Shown: one piece after another, positions 1 through 11,952 of the stretch
Position numbering within the stretch: position 1 is the stretch's first letter
Layout of the letters: each line of letters starts with the position of its first letter
From: Octopus sinensis
Taxonomy: Eukaryota
NCBI RefSeq assembly: GCF_006345805.1
Contig: NC_043004.1
Span: forward strand, 21,018,001-21,082,000
Length of the DNA: 64,000 bases
Direction of reading: 5' to 3'
Program-made: the position numbers and the translations under genes
Notes under the pieces: model-generated
Seen by the model: only the letters and a program-made list of their open reading frames with translations
The model's database searches: none
Told to the model about the DNA's origin: nothing

Positions 1-206
1 GCTACAATTCCAATTATCAACTAATGAAAGGATCAGATTTGTGCATGTTCATTTGTGCTCATTCAATTTTTCCTGTAAATCTCCCTGTCTGTCTGTTTAT
101 CATTTTTCCATTATGTATTGCTATGAGTTTACATATGTACATAGATACATATCTGTGTGTGTGTGTGTGTGTAGCTGTAGTGAATATAGATATGTGTGTG
201 TGTGTA

Positions 207-249
<43 letters not shown>

Positions 250-371
250 CAATAATATTATTGTTGAATATATTATATAGTCTGTGACTATTTCTATTTT
301 CTCACTTGACCGCTGGTTGCAGAAAATTTTTCTTGAATTTTTCTTGAATTTTTTTGCTACCCTTATATTGA

Positions 372-408
<37 letters not shown>

Positions 409-1377
409 TGTTCTTAATCCTGCAGGGTTTCTAGCAACCCTCCACACCAGTATAACCTGGTGTGTATGCCAGTTTAATTGCCGGCAATCCAACCATGCAA
501 CAGGTTGTATTGGATTCCATGATACCAGTAGCACTTATGAGTGCCTCGTAAATGACCTGACATAAGTGACCTAACCTGTTGAAAGATCCGATGAACTTAG
601 TGCAGGCTCAACAGCTATGTAGCAATATCATGGGTATGCAGAAATTCCAGGATGGTGTCAGGCGTGCTGAAAGACTGCTGGAAGTGAGGCACCCCTCAGC
701 TTCTGCTAAAGCAGGTCTCTAGGAGGATATGCAAGAAATGGCATCGGACATTTTGGGGATCTTTGGTTTGTGCTAGAGATCATGGGGCTCCCACATCCCT
801 GATCCTGCAACTCATATTGACACCATATATCTTGCTCCAGCTTGTCTCTGGATAATGTCAATAAGGTATTGTCTATGAGGTGTCGAGCAAGCCTTATTGG
901 ACATAAACCTCTGCACAGGCATTGCTCACCTCTGTTTGATATGCGCTTTTTTATCCCCTATATATATTTATTTATTTTTAGTATATATGTATTTTTATTT
1001 TTAGTATACACTTATATATTCTTAGTATATTCTTATCTTTTATTTGGAACTCCTGTGGTAATGGGAATGAGGTAAAGCCTGCAGAACTGACATGTTGGAA
1101 GCATGTAGTCAGCGACCTGCACATAGATGGCCCATGTAAGATATAAAGCCGTCTCCTTGTTGCCCAAGATAGCAGTAGGATTCGGTTGCTGTATGGGTGT
1201 CTTAACAGCTCCATTTGGAGCAAGAACTGCTCACCCAGTGGCCAGGGAGGTTCTAGAAAAGGTGAACCAAAAATTGTCTGCCTTTCTATATCTGGTCAGT
1301 TTAGTGCGACTGAAGGATGTCCACCTTGGGCTCAAAAAACAAAGAGACTTTTATTTACAAAATCTGGATGGAACTTG

Positions 1378-1555
1378 AACATTTCATTATTTACACTATT
1401 TACATTATTTATATTTGACGGATATTTGTCCTCATCTTGTTTGTTGTTAACACAACGTTTCAGCTGATATACCTTCCAGCTTTCATCAGGTGTCTTGGGG
1501 AAATTTCGAACCTGGGTTCTCACTCCTAAGGAATTTTTTGATGTTATTATTACTC
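1378..1555 (-). mobile_element. Short PLE pseudo-LTR-like segment carrying a hammerhead motif
   Basis: Contains the HHR fold at 1449-1494 on the minus strand. Directly abuts a Penelope-type RT fragment. Confidence 0.5.
1449..1494 (-). ncRNA. Minimal type I hammerhead ribozyme-like motif
   Basis: Minus strand reads GACAC-CUGAUGA-A-AGCUG-gaagguauau-CAGCU-GAAAC-GUU-GUGUU. Stem I is GACAC/GUGUU, stem II is AGCUG/CAGCU, and stem III is the loopless palindrome AACGUU. Confidence 0.6.
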
Positions 1556-1559
1556 GGGA

Positions 1560-1992
1560 AACAGAGAGGAAGTTGTCCCAGATTTTGATCAAGAACAAAG
1601 ATCACTTTACACCAATGAAGTAAAGTTAACTGCCTCAACACTACAGTAAACTACCACACATGTATGGTCTCCCTAAGATGCTATTCCATTAAGACCTATA
1701 GGGAGCTGTAGAGGTTCAGCATGTCATCTACTGAGCCGCTTCCTTGTGGATATAATCAGTCCATTAGCAGGAAATCAACATCGAACATGAAGAATTCCGC
1801 CAACTTCACAGGATTGATCAATGATACCCCATTGAATCCAACCAGATGGTGAGTCTAGATGTGATAAGTTTGTTCACCAAAGTTCCAACTGGTGAAGCAC
1901 TATCGGTGATACAAGAAAAACTAGTGACAGACACCCATCTAAAAGAATGCACTAGCATACCAATAAGAAACTTGATGGAAATGTTGTCACAT
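1560..1992 (+). pseudogene. Penelope-like element reverse transcriptase fragment (frameshifted)
   Basis: Joined frames read PHMYGLPK / IPLRPIGSCRGSACHLLSRFLVDIISPL / MKNSANF / MVSLDVISLFTKVPTGEALSVIQEKL, matching PLE RT motifs YGLPK, PLRPI and SxDVxSLFTxVP. Confidence 0.85.
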
Positions 1993-2039
1993 ATTATATT
2001 TACAGATATATATATATATATGTATGTATGTATGTATAT

Positions 2040-2240
2040 ATTTGTGTGTCTGTGTTTGTCCTCACCACCATTGCTTGACAAACGATGTTAGTGTGTTTGC
2101 GTCCCAGTAACTTCGTAGTTCAGCAAAGGTGACTGATAGAATAAATAGTAGACTTACAAGGAAGAAGTCCTGTGGTTGATTTGTTCAACTAAAACTGGTG
2201 CTCCAGCATGGCCACAATCAAATGATAGAAACAAGTAAAA
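2040..2240 (+). mobile_element. tRNA-derived SINE family A, 3' half
   Basis: Matches the 3' half of the full copy at 2370-2787 (TTGCTTGACAA...CCAGCATGGCC...GAAACAAGTAAAAG). Confidence 0.8.
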
Positions 2241-2369
2241 GCAATAAAAAAAAAAATACAGTACTCAATTTGATTAAACTAAAATTCTTCAAGGTGGTAG
2301 TCCAGCATGGCTGCTAGTCAAATGGCTGAAACAAACAAAAGCTTAGAGATTATATTTATATATATATCA

Positions 2370-2542
2370 GGAGTGGCTGTGTGGTAAGTAGCTTGCTTAC
2401 CAACCACATGGTGCCAGGTTCAGTTCCACTGTGTGGCACCTTGGGCAAGTGTCTTCTACTATAGCCTTGGGCCGACCAAGGCCTGGTTAGTGGATTTAGA
2501 TTTAGTAGATGGAAACTGAAAGAAGCCCATCGTATATATGTT

Positions 2543-2573
<31 letters not shown>

Positions 2574-2784
2574 TTGTGAGTCTATGTTTGTCCCCCCTGC
2601 CGACATTGCTTGACAACCGATGGAGGTGTGTTTATGTCCCCTTAACTTAGCGGTTCAACAAAAGAGACCGATAGAATAAGTACTAAGCTTACAAAGAATA
2701 AGTCCTGGGGGTCGATTTGCTTGACTAAAGGTGGTGCTCCAGCATGGCTGCAGTCAAATGACTGAAATAAGTAAAAGAATAAAA

Positions 2785-2787
<3 letters not shown>
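2370..2787 (+). mobile_element. tRNA-derived SINE family A, full length
   Basis: Head GGAGTGGCTGTGTGGTAAG has A-box-like TGGCTGTGTGG and B-box-like GGTTCAGTTCC. Internal (TA)/(TG) microsatellite and GTAAAAGA tail. More than 10 relatives in the window. Confidence 0.9.
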
Positions 2788-2839
<52 letters not shown>

Positions 2840-2895
2840 TGTCTTAACTTTCACTTATTGAATTGTATGTGTGTGTGTGTGTATGCATATATATA

Positions 2896-3287
2896 CTCTT
2901 TTACTCTTTTACTTGTTTCAATCATTTGACTGTGGCCATGCTGGAGCACCGCCTTTAGTCGAGCAAATCGACCCCAGGACTTATTCTTTGTAAGCCCAGT
3001 ACTTATTCATCGGTCTCTTTTGCCGAACCGATAAGTGACGGGGACGTAATCACACCAGCATCGGTTGTCAAGCAATGCTCGGGGACAAACACAGACACAA
3101 ACACACACACACATATATATATACATATATACGACAGGCTTCTTTCAGTTTCCGTCTACCAAATCCACTCACAAGGCATTGGTCGGCCCGGGGCTATAGC
3201 AGAAGACACTTGCCCAAGATGCCACGCAGTGGGACTGAACCCGGAACCATGTGGTTGGTTAGCAAGCTACTTACCACACAGCCACTC
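2896..3287 (-). mobile_element. SINE family A
   Basis: Reverse complement of the family A consensus, tail to head. Confidence 0.9.
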
Positions 3288-3384
3288 GAATAAAAAACTG
3301 GAGTTAACGCAGGTGTAATCAAATATTTTTACTTTCGACACATTTAATTGTTAACAAGGTAAAAATACACTCATCTATTTATAT

Positions 3385-3420
<36 letters not shown>

Positions 3421-3482
3421 ATATTTTATGTCTTAACTTTCACTTATTGAATTGTATGTGTGTGTGTGTATGCATATATATA

Positions 3483-3874
3483 CTCTTTTACTCTTTTACT
3501 TGTTTCAATCATTTGACTGTGGCCATGCTGGAGCACCGCCTTTAGTCGAGCAAATCGACCCCAGGACTTATTCTTTGTAAGCCCAGTACTTATTCATCGG
3601 TCTCTTTTGCCGAACCGATAAGTGACGGGGACGTAATCACACCAGCATCGGTTGTCAAGCAATGCTCGGGGACAAACACAGACACAAACACACACACACA
3701 TATATATATACATATATACGACAGGCTTCTTTCAGTTTCCGTCTACCAAATCCACTCACAAGGCATTGGTCGGCCCGGGGCTATAGCAGAAGACACTTGC
3801 CCAAGATGCCACGCAGTGGGACTGAACCCGGAACCATGTGGTTGGTTAGCAAGCTACTTACCACACAGCCACTC
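3483..3874 (-). mobile_element. SINE family A (duplicate of 2896-3287)
   Basis: Same sequence at offset 587. Confidence 0.9.
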
Positions 3875-3959
3875 GAATAAAAAACTGGAGTTAACGCAGG
3901 TGTAATCAAATATTTTTACTTTCGACACATTTAATTGTTAACAAGGTAAAAATACACTC

Positions 3960-3992
<33 letters not shown>

Positions 3993-4911
3993 ACACCCTT
4001 GACTATCGTAGGTGTTATGTGCCAAAACACCCGCCGCTGGATGAAAATCTGTGAAGTAGAAACAGTACTGTAATGTATAATTTTTAAATTATTTTTATGA
4101 TTTGTATATATTTATTTTATTTAAATGCAAAACAACATCACAGAGGAATCGACATAAGCTTAAATAATGAACTGCAATAGGTGAACCACGCTATAGCAAG
4201 GGAATACTGTATATATATATATATATGTTATATGCGTGTGCATTTGTGTATATATATATATATATATGTATGTATATGTATATATATACACACACACACA
4301 TATACATACATATATACATATACATACATTCATCCAAGTATTCATTGAAGGCTAGAACAATGTGCCATGCATCCCCTACTCAATTCAGGATCACAACATA
4401 AATATACTGCAATACAATTTTTTTATATTCAACAGGCCCTGCCTTAATTAATATTGTCCGAAAACATATCAAAGAGGAAAAAGATCCCATCACCTTTGAA
4501 CAGAATGTGAACTAATTTTGTCAAGGGGTACCAGATAAGCCACCTTTATCTGGACATGACTCACCCAACAAGAACTCCCTACATGAATGGGTCATGATAC
4601 TACAAAACTTGACTCAGAAAGGATTTAAGAAATCCTATCAAGTGGTGTTATTAAGTTAGGCATAGGCATCTTTGGTTGAAACATATCTAAGTTATTTAAA
4701 TGACACACACACGCACACACACACTCACTCACACACGTGCATTTATAAATGCATAATACATACATACATACATAATCATATATACATACATATGTGTGTG
4801 TCTGTGTTGCCCTGTTTTGACATTGCATAATAGTTTCAAAGAAATGTCACTATCTTATAAGTGATGCCATTCATTTCCAACAGCCCTAGATAGATATTGC
4901 CTTGCTTTGGA

Positions 4912-6708
4912 AACAACTGTCCTGTGACAGGATGTGAGTCTGGCCCCTGAAAAATCTACCTCAACAAACTCTGTCTTGTCCGTGAAAGTATGGAACAACT
5001 GTCCTGTGACAGGATGTGAGTCTGGCCCCTGAAAAATCTACCTCAACAAACTCTGTCTTGTCCGTGCAAGTATGAAACAACTGTCCTGTGACAGGATGTG
5101 AGTCTGGCCTCTGAAAAATCTACCTCAACAAACTCTGTCTTGTCCGTGAAAGTATTGTAAACGAGCTTAGGGTGTGAGTGAATATCTTGTCTTGTACTTT
5201 CGGGGTACAAGAAAGCAATCACTCACTAGCCGTTGCTTTAATAATCCAAAATCTCTGCCCGTCAGAAACAACAAGACGCAGACGTAAAAATATACATATA
5301 ACTACTTTATTCTCTTTCTTGGTATCAATAACAATAAGTGTGTTATCTGATGTCCTTGGTTCTGGGCGCACAAGGCTGAAAGTTAATCGATTGTAATATT
5401 TACAATATTCAGCCGCAAAAACAGAACGGGGTTAAAGATGGCGTCGAACAATGGAGACGATGTTGGTCTGCAACAATTTTGGTTAAAGGCCTTTTGGTAA
5501 GGACTGCTAGAATCAGTTTGAATGGAGAGAAAATATTAACGTCCTGCTCCTTCAATCACTGCTGTCCCAAGTCGCCGCTGCTGCTGCCAGCGGTCAAACG
5601 TTCTACGACCCCCTGCCTTGGCCAGGGTCGTGCTTCCGGTGGTTCGCGCATGCGCGAGAGGGCTCTTCCTTTCTGTGCCTTGGTGAAGGCACCAACATGC
5701 ACGAAATAGAAAATGGACGGTGCGCGCGCGCGCACCGTTATAGGGTCACTACAGTATGGAACAACTGTCCTGTGACAGGATGTGAGTCTGGTCTCTGAAA
5801 AATCTACCTCAACAAACTCTGTCTTGTCCGTGCAAGTATGGAACAACTGTCCTGTGACAGGATGTGAGTCTGGCCCCTGAAAAATCTACCTCAACAAACT
5901 CTGTCTTGTCCGTGAAAGTATGGAACAACTGTCCTGTGACAGGATGTGAGTCTGGCCTCTGAAAAATCTACCTCAACAAACTCTGTCTTGTCCGTGCAAG
6001 TATGAAACAACTGTCCTGTGACAGGATGTGAGTCTGGCCCCTGAAAAATCTACCTCAACAAACTCTGTCTTGTCCGTGCAAGTATGAAACAACTGTCCTG
6101 TGACAGGATGTGAGTCTGGCCCCTGAAAAATCTACCTCAACAAACTCTGTCTTGTCCGTGAAAGTATGGAACAACTGTCCTGTGACAGGATGTGAGTCTG
6201 GCCTCTGAAAAATCTACCTCAACAAACTCTGTCTTGTCCGTGCAAGTATGAAACAACTGTCCTGTGACAGGATGTGAGTCTGGCCCCTGAAAAATCTACC
6301 TCAACAAACTCTGTCTTGTCCGTGAAAGTATGGAACAACTGTCCTGTGACAGGATGTGAGTCTGGCCTCTGAAAAATCTACCTCAACAAACTCTGTCTTG
6401 TCCGTGCAAGTATGAAACAACTGTCCTGTGACAGGATGTGAGTCTGGTCTCTGAAAAATCTACCTCAACAAACTCTGTCTTGTCCGTGCAAGTATGAAAC
6501 AACTGTCCTGTGACAGGATGTGAGTCTGGCCCCTGAAAAATCTACCTCAACAAACTCTGTCTTGTCCGTGAAAGTATGGAACAACTGTCCTGTGACAGGA
6601 TGTGAGTCTGGCCTCTGAAAAATCTACCTCAACAAACTCTGTCTTGTCCGTGCAAGTATGAAACAACTGTCCTGTGACAGGATGTGAGTCTGGCCTCTGA
6701 AAAATCTA
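4912..6708. repeat. 82-bp tandem satellite, about 14.5 units, interrupted by a solo LTR
   Basis: Unit AACAACTGTCCTGTGACAGGATGTGAGTCTGGCCCCTGAAAAATCTACCTCAACAAACTCTGTCTTGTCCGTGAAAGTATGG starts at 4912, 4994, 5076, then every 82 bp from 5760 to 6662. Confidence 0.97.
5156..5753 (-). mobile_element. Solo LTR (598 bp) of an LTR retrotransposon
   Basis: Termini TGTA...TACA, flanked by a GTAT direct repeat (5152-5155 and 5754-5757). Minus-strand AATAAA lies toward the 3' end. CpG-rich relative to background. Confidence 0.85.
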
Positions 6709-7624
6709 TATATTTATGTGTATATACATATATCTATATATGTATGTGCATATATATACGTGTATGTGTGTATAGATAAATATGTGTACGTGTAGATAAA
6801 TATATGTGTGTGTGTGTGTTGATAAATATATATTCATATGTATGCATGTGTATATATACATACACAGACACATGCATGTGTGTGTGTTTGTTTACGTATG
6901 TATGCATATCAGTGTACTCAATCAAAGCTGACCAGAGGTTCATTTATCAAAACCTCCTCCCCTATCCCATTAATTTTATATTGAAATTTTAATTACCTCA
7001 TTGATAAGTCTTTTGAGAAGTAAAATTGTGAGAACTATAAAACTGACTAATTTCATTAATAAGTTAGCAAATTTGAGATTGTTTTCATTAATTTTCTCTC
7101 ATTTTGGCTTTCAGAAGGTAACAGTGAACAAAACTAAGAATAATAAATACACAATTTAATAAAGAAAATATTAAATAACAATGAGTGTATACACTACATA
7201 CAGTTAATTATTGTTTATTAGTAAAATCTCAGCTATTTTTACAAAACGAAAATGTCAATAAAATTAGATTTGGTTTTGTTAATAAACTATCAACAATAAT
7301 AAGCAGAACTATCTATAGACAGTGGAGTGAAAAATATTTTGCTGTCTGATTTCATTACTGTTGAATTTCCTGGCAAATAGATTTTAATGTATTGTAAATA
7401 ATGTAGATCTGACAATTGTTACATCAGATTTAGTCAGCTTCTGTGCTATCGGTTTTTATTGTCAAGCTGAGGAATATAGAAATTAAATTTGGGAAAAATT
7501 GGAAAAGATTGTGCTTATAAATATAACTACAGAAATTGGTTGTATATAATTTCCTTTCACTCTCCTATTTACAAAGAAAAAAAAGAAAAGAAAAGAAAAA
7601 ATAACATGAGAAATAAGTGCAAGT

Positions 7625-7775
7625 GTGGGTGTGTGATAAGAAGCCTGTTTCCAAACCAGATGGTTCCAGGTTCAGTCCAATTCTGTGGCACTTTGTGCAA
7701 GTGTCTTTACCTATAGTCTCAGGCCAGCCAAAGCCTTGTGAGTGGATTTGGTAGATGGAAACTGAAAGAAGCTTA
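7625..7775 (+). mobile_element. SINE family A, 5' half
   Basis: Diverged head GGGTGTGTGATAAGAAGC through GGAAACTGAAAGAAG. Confidence 0.75.
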
Positions 7776-7777
7776 TC

Positions 7778-7809
<32 letters not shown>

Positions 7810-7901
7810 AATTAGAGACAAAACCACTATTATGCAAATCAAACAAAGAAAGACTTAATCCAATACATAAATTAATTTAGAAATTTAACAATTATTAATA
7901 T

Positions 7902-7965
7902 CCACTACAATCGTTTCATGTCTTCTTTTCATCACATCTTTGAGTAGTAGACATTCTTCAGGTGG
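7902..7965 (-). ncRNA. Hammerhead ribozyme-like motif (mirror copy)
   Basis: Exact reverse complement of 8032-8095. Confidence 0.65.
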
Positions 7966-8031
7966 TTTCAAATATTCTTGGCGAGTTTAAACTATGAGTT
8001 CATAGTTTAAACTCGCCAAGAATATTTGAAA

Positions 8032-8095
8032 CCACCTGAAGAATGTCTACTACTCAAAGATGTGATGAAAAGAAGACATGAAACGATTGTAGTGG
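8032..8095 (+). ncRNA. Type I hammerhead ribozyme-like motif
   Basis: CCAC-CUGAAGA-AUGUCU-[25 nt]-AGACAU-GAAAC-GAUU-GUA-GUGG. Stem I CCAC/GUGG, stem II AUGUCU/AGACAU, 2-bp stem III, GUA cleavage triplet. Confidence 0.65.
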
Positions 8096-8298
8096 ATATT
8101 AATAATTGTTAAATTTCTAAATTAATTTATGTATTGGATTAAGTCTTTCTTTGTTTGATTTGCATAATAGTGGTTTTGTCTCTAATTTATATAATATAAT
8201 ATTTTACTATAAATTGGATTCAATCCTAAATCTGATTTTTCCCTGTAAGTTTGGATTTATTCCCTAATATTTATTATATATATATATATAATATATAT

Positions 8299-8331
<33 letters not shown>

Positions 8332-8561
8332 GCATATATACATATATATGTATGTATGTGTGTGTGTGTGTGTTCCTTCAACACACTTCCACAAGCAAAT
8401 GTTAGTGCGTTTAAGTACCTGGCTTAATGAAATTAAGTACTGAGGTCAATTCATTAAAAAAAAAATTCCTTCAAGTTGTTGCTCCAGCTTGACCATAATC
8501 TAATGACTGAAACAAATTAAAGATAGATGATAAAATCGTAGTAGTAAAGTAATGGAACTCT

Positions 8562-8783
8562 CTCTTTTACTCTTACTCTTTTACTTGTTTCAGTCATTTG
8601 ACTGTAGCCATGCTGGAGCTTTGTCTTAAATTGAGCAAATCGACCCCAGGACTTATTCTTTGTAAGCTTAGTACTTATTCTATTGGTCTCTTTTGCTGAA
8701 CTGCTAAGTTACGGGGATGTAAACACACCACCATCGGTTGTCAAGCGATGTTGGGGGGGACAGACACAGAAACATATACACAC

Positions 8784-8828
<45 letters not shown>

Positions 8829-9003
8829 CACACATACTTATATACGACGGGCTTCTTTCAATTTCCGTCTACCAAATTCACTCACAAGGCTTTGGTCGGC
8901 CTGAGGCAATAGTAGAAGACACTTGCCCAAGGTGCCATGCACTGGGACTGAACCCAGAACCATGTGGCTGGTAAGCAAGCTACTTACCACACAGCCACTC
9001 CTA
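8562..9003 (-). mobile_element. SINE family A, full length
   Basis: Reverse complement of the consensus with an internal (CA)n. Confidence 0.9.
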
Positions 9004-9762
9004 CGTCTGTAAATTCTGTTATATTTTTACTGTTTTGCAGTGTAGAAATTTCTGAAATGTGCAAATTTCTAGAAGGAATGTTCATAATATTCTTCACAAA
9101 AATCAAAATGCTTGCTGTTTAGATTCAATGTTTTTTTAAAAGCAGCTCAAGGATTAATATGAGATATATGAAACTGAAACAGTTTGGTAAATAATTTTGC
9201 AACTGTTCATAAAATGTAGATGAAACAGAAAAAAAAAGTTTTGTTTATTCAAGAATCATAGTGTGCAAATGCGGTTGCTTGGCATAACTTCATGTTGATG
9301 TGCATGTTTGTAAGTATATATATATGTGTGTGTGTATGTCCAGGTAAAATTTGTTTGTGGGAATATTATATATATTTTAGTACATGGGTGAGAGAATGTG
9401 TTTGAGTGTGAGAATACAGAATGTTGTGGAACCCTGCTGATTTCATTTCCAGCTCTGATCAATGTTCAGTTAAATGCAAAAATTAGGTACCAGCAAGTTG
9501 TTACTCAAACGAAGCACATGACAAAAAGTAAGCAGTTTAATTGGTTGGGTTGCAAACAGCCAATGCAGACAGTCATGTGTTGAGCTTCTGAAAATTTGCT
9601 TCTACTCTGTCTGTGTGCCAAGTTCCCATGACAAACACATTCCTGTTGTTACCAAACTTAAGGGTTATGATAATATGACTGGATCTTGTGACACTTAAAA
9701 TGCGCACAAAAACTAAGACTTGTGATTATAGCAACGGACCGTGACAGTGAGTCTGGTACATC

Positions 9763-10290
9763 ATCATCATTTAACGTCCGCTTTCCATGCTAGCATGGGT
9801 TGGACGATTTGACTGAGGTCTGGCAAACGAGATGGCTGCACCAGACTCCAATCTGATCTGGCAGAGTTTCTACAGCTGGATGCCCTTCCTAACGCCAACC
9901 ACTCTGAAAGTGTAGTGGGTGCGTTTACACGCCACCAGCACAAGGGCCAGTTAGGCAGTACTGGCAACAGCCACGCTCAAATGGTGCTTTTTATGTGCCA
10001 CCTGCACAGGAGCCAGTCCAGCGGCACTGGCAACGACCTCGCTCTAATGTTTTTTCACGTTCCACCAGCACAAGTGCCAGTAAGGCAACACAGGTAATGA
10101 TCACGCATGAGTGGTGCTTTTTACATGCCACCGCACGGAGGCCAATTTGTTGCTGTGGCATCGATCACACTCGTATGGTACTCTTAGTGCTCTACTAGCA
10201 GGGATGCCAGTCATCGAATTTGATTTCAATTTCGATTTCACTTGCCTCAACAGGTCTTCACTAGCAGAGTTTAGCGTCCAATGAAGGAAA
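9763..10290 (-). mobile_element. 5'-truncated RTE LINE, 3'UTR only
   Basis: (CAT)n-TTTAACGTCCGCTTTCCATGCTAGCATGGG matches the reverse complement of the 3' end of the RTE at 20581-22967. Confidence 0.85.
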
Positions 10291-11896
10291 ACCTGTAAGT
10301 AAATGTAATCATATATCTGCTTTTATGTTTATGTGAAGAGAAAGACAAGCAAAAACTAAATTAGTACATAAGGATAGCAGAGTGATAATTACAGATTATT
10401 ATATATTTACTTCACCTACTACATATAAGTGTCAAATATTCCCTAACAAATAAAATTGATAAGAACAGTATGTTCTAATTCTTAATGGCTAGAACAGCTT
10501 GACTGTGGATATAGGTAAGAGAGGCATGATATTCTAAAAAGAAAATTTTTAAGATCTCTTTTCTTTTTGTAAATAAGCTGCAAAGCGGGACAAGTACAAA
10601 ACAGCAGTCGTTTCCCTCTTGTCCACTTCTGTTGTAGCCCCAGAGAAAACAAATCTCCACTGATAGATAATATCCCTAGAGTACAACACTTTCATTAATT
10701 TGTAATTGGTACAACTGCAATGATACATAACTGCCTCAGTTACAGTAAACTCCAAAGAAAGTAAAAAACGTCTCCAATGGCAGCAATATTAATATCTGTC
10801 AAAGGACCTAAGTTCTGAAAGGCCACTTCCATTCACTGAATACAACAACCATATTTATTGACACCTACTTCTTTAAAGACATTGACAGATTACCTCTAAA
10901 GATAGTTGCAGAAGATAACAATGATATGCAAAGATGCAAGGATATGTAAGCATTGTTATGATAATCTCATACAGCATATAATGACTCTGAATAATTTTGT
11001 ATATGTTTGTTTGTAACAGACTAATATAAGGAAGAACAAAAAACAAAAACTTGTGATATGTTTCTGAAAGCATGAATAACAAAAGAAAAAATGATTTCTT
11101 TTATTTGCCACAAAGATATAGATGAAGGGTATATTACATGGACAGTTTGCAATTTGTGTGGGAGTTTAAGTAAAAGATAAGGGGAAAGAAAGAAAAAAGA
11201 CAGCGAAATGAGATAAAAGTATATATAGTATATAAAGTATGTGGACACATGAATAATGCAGTCGTCCTGATACAGGAGAACCTTCAATTGGAGCCAATCA
11301 AGGAACTTCACAGATCCAGAATTACCCTGATTGCTAAAAACTTTTTCTTTCACCCAGCTGCTGTTCTCTAATTTGCAGACACATATTTAGAGTAGGTCTG
11401 TTCATCCTAACCATTTTTGCCACAGTTACCTACCATTTTACAAATTCACCCATTTCTTCATAGCCACAGCCAAATTTTTCAAAGCGGATTTGAGAGTCGG
11501 ATTCAATGATGGCAATGATGGCTCAAATGTATTGCATGTAAGACCATTCTGGGCATTACCTTTTTATGGCAGAAGACTACCAGTTTGAATGACCCATGCC
11601 AGTTAATAACAGATTTGTTCCCACTTTGGCAATAGTTTTGTATTTTCAATAATTTTATCACCTTCATCTGGGTAAAGTGACTGGAGTTAGGAAGGGCATT
11701 CAGCTCTAGAAACACTGCAACAAATGAAGCTGCATCTCCACTCAGTTCCCACCAGCTTGTTGGATATAGTCAGACAGTCAAACCAAGAGCAGAATGATGG
11801 TAATGATAACTGTATGTATACAGAATATAACATAGACGATCAGCTAAACCAAACACCTCCAACACCCTGGTATTACAGTAGTACAGTGTATATTCT

Positions 11897-11945
<49 letters not shown>

Positions 11946-11952
11946 TATATAT

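Larger units (their letters stand above)
2830..3990. repeat. Near-identical tandem duplication, period 587 bp
   Basis: Identical ORF-track entries at 3075 and 3662. Both copies share private variants, and the junctions lie in (TA)n tracts. Confidence 0.9.
7799..8275. mobile_element. Palindromic HHR-bearing element in (TA)n (PLE pseudo-LTR or retrozyme-like)
   Basis: Arms 7799-7997 and 8000-8198 are perfect reverse complements around a 2-nt centre, followed by a roughly 75-bp unique tail ending CCCTAATATTTATT. Related copies at 24308 and 47551. Confidence 0.75.

Noticed and set aside
410-1340. GC-richer, TE-like sequence with long stretches of few stops
   Set aside because: I tried PLE, Tx1 and RTE motifs in six frames and found no convincing match, so it is left unclassified.
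2370-2450. tRNA genes
   Set aside because: The A/B-box heads belong to SINEs and do not fold into full cloverleaves.
4912-6708. 82-bp array as a CRISPR-like locus
   Set aside because: The units are contiguous with no unique spacers, there are no cas genes, and the context is eukaryotic.
11434-11524. Possible minus-strand exon AIIAIIESDSQIRFEKFGCGYEEMGEFVKM with GTAGGT donor
   Set aside because: Weak acceptor, no recognisable homology, no partner exons.
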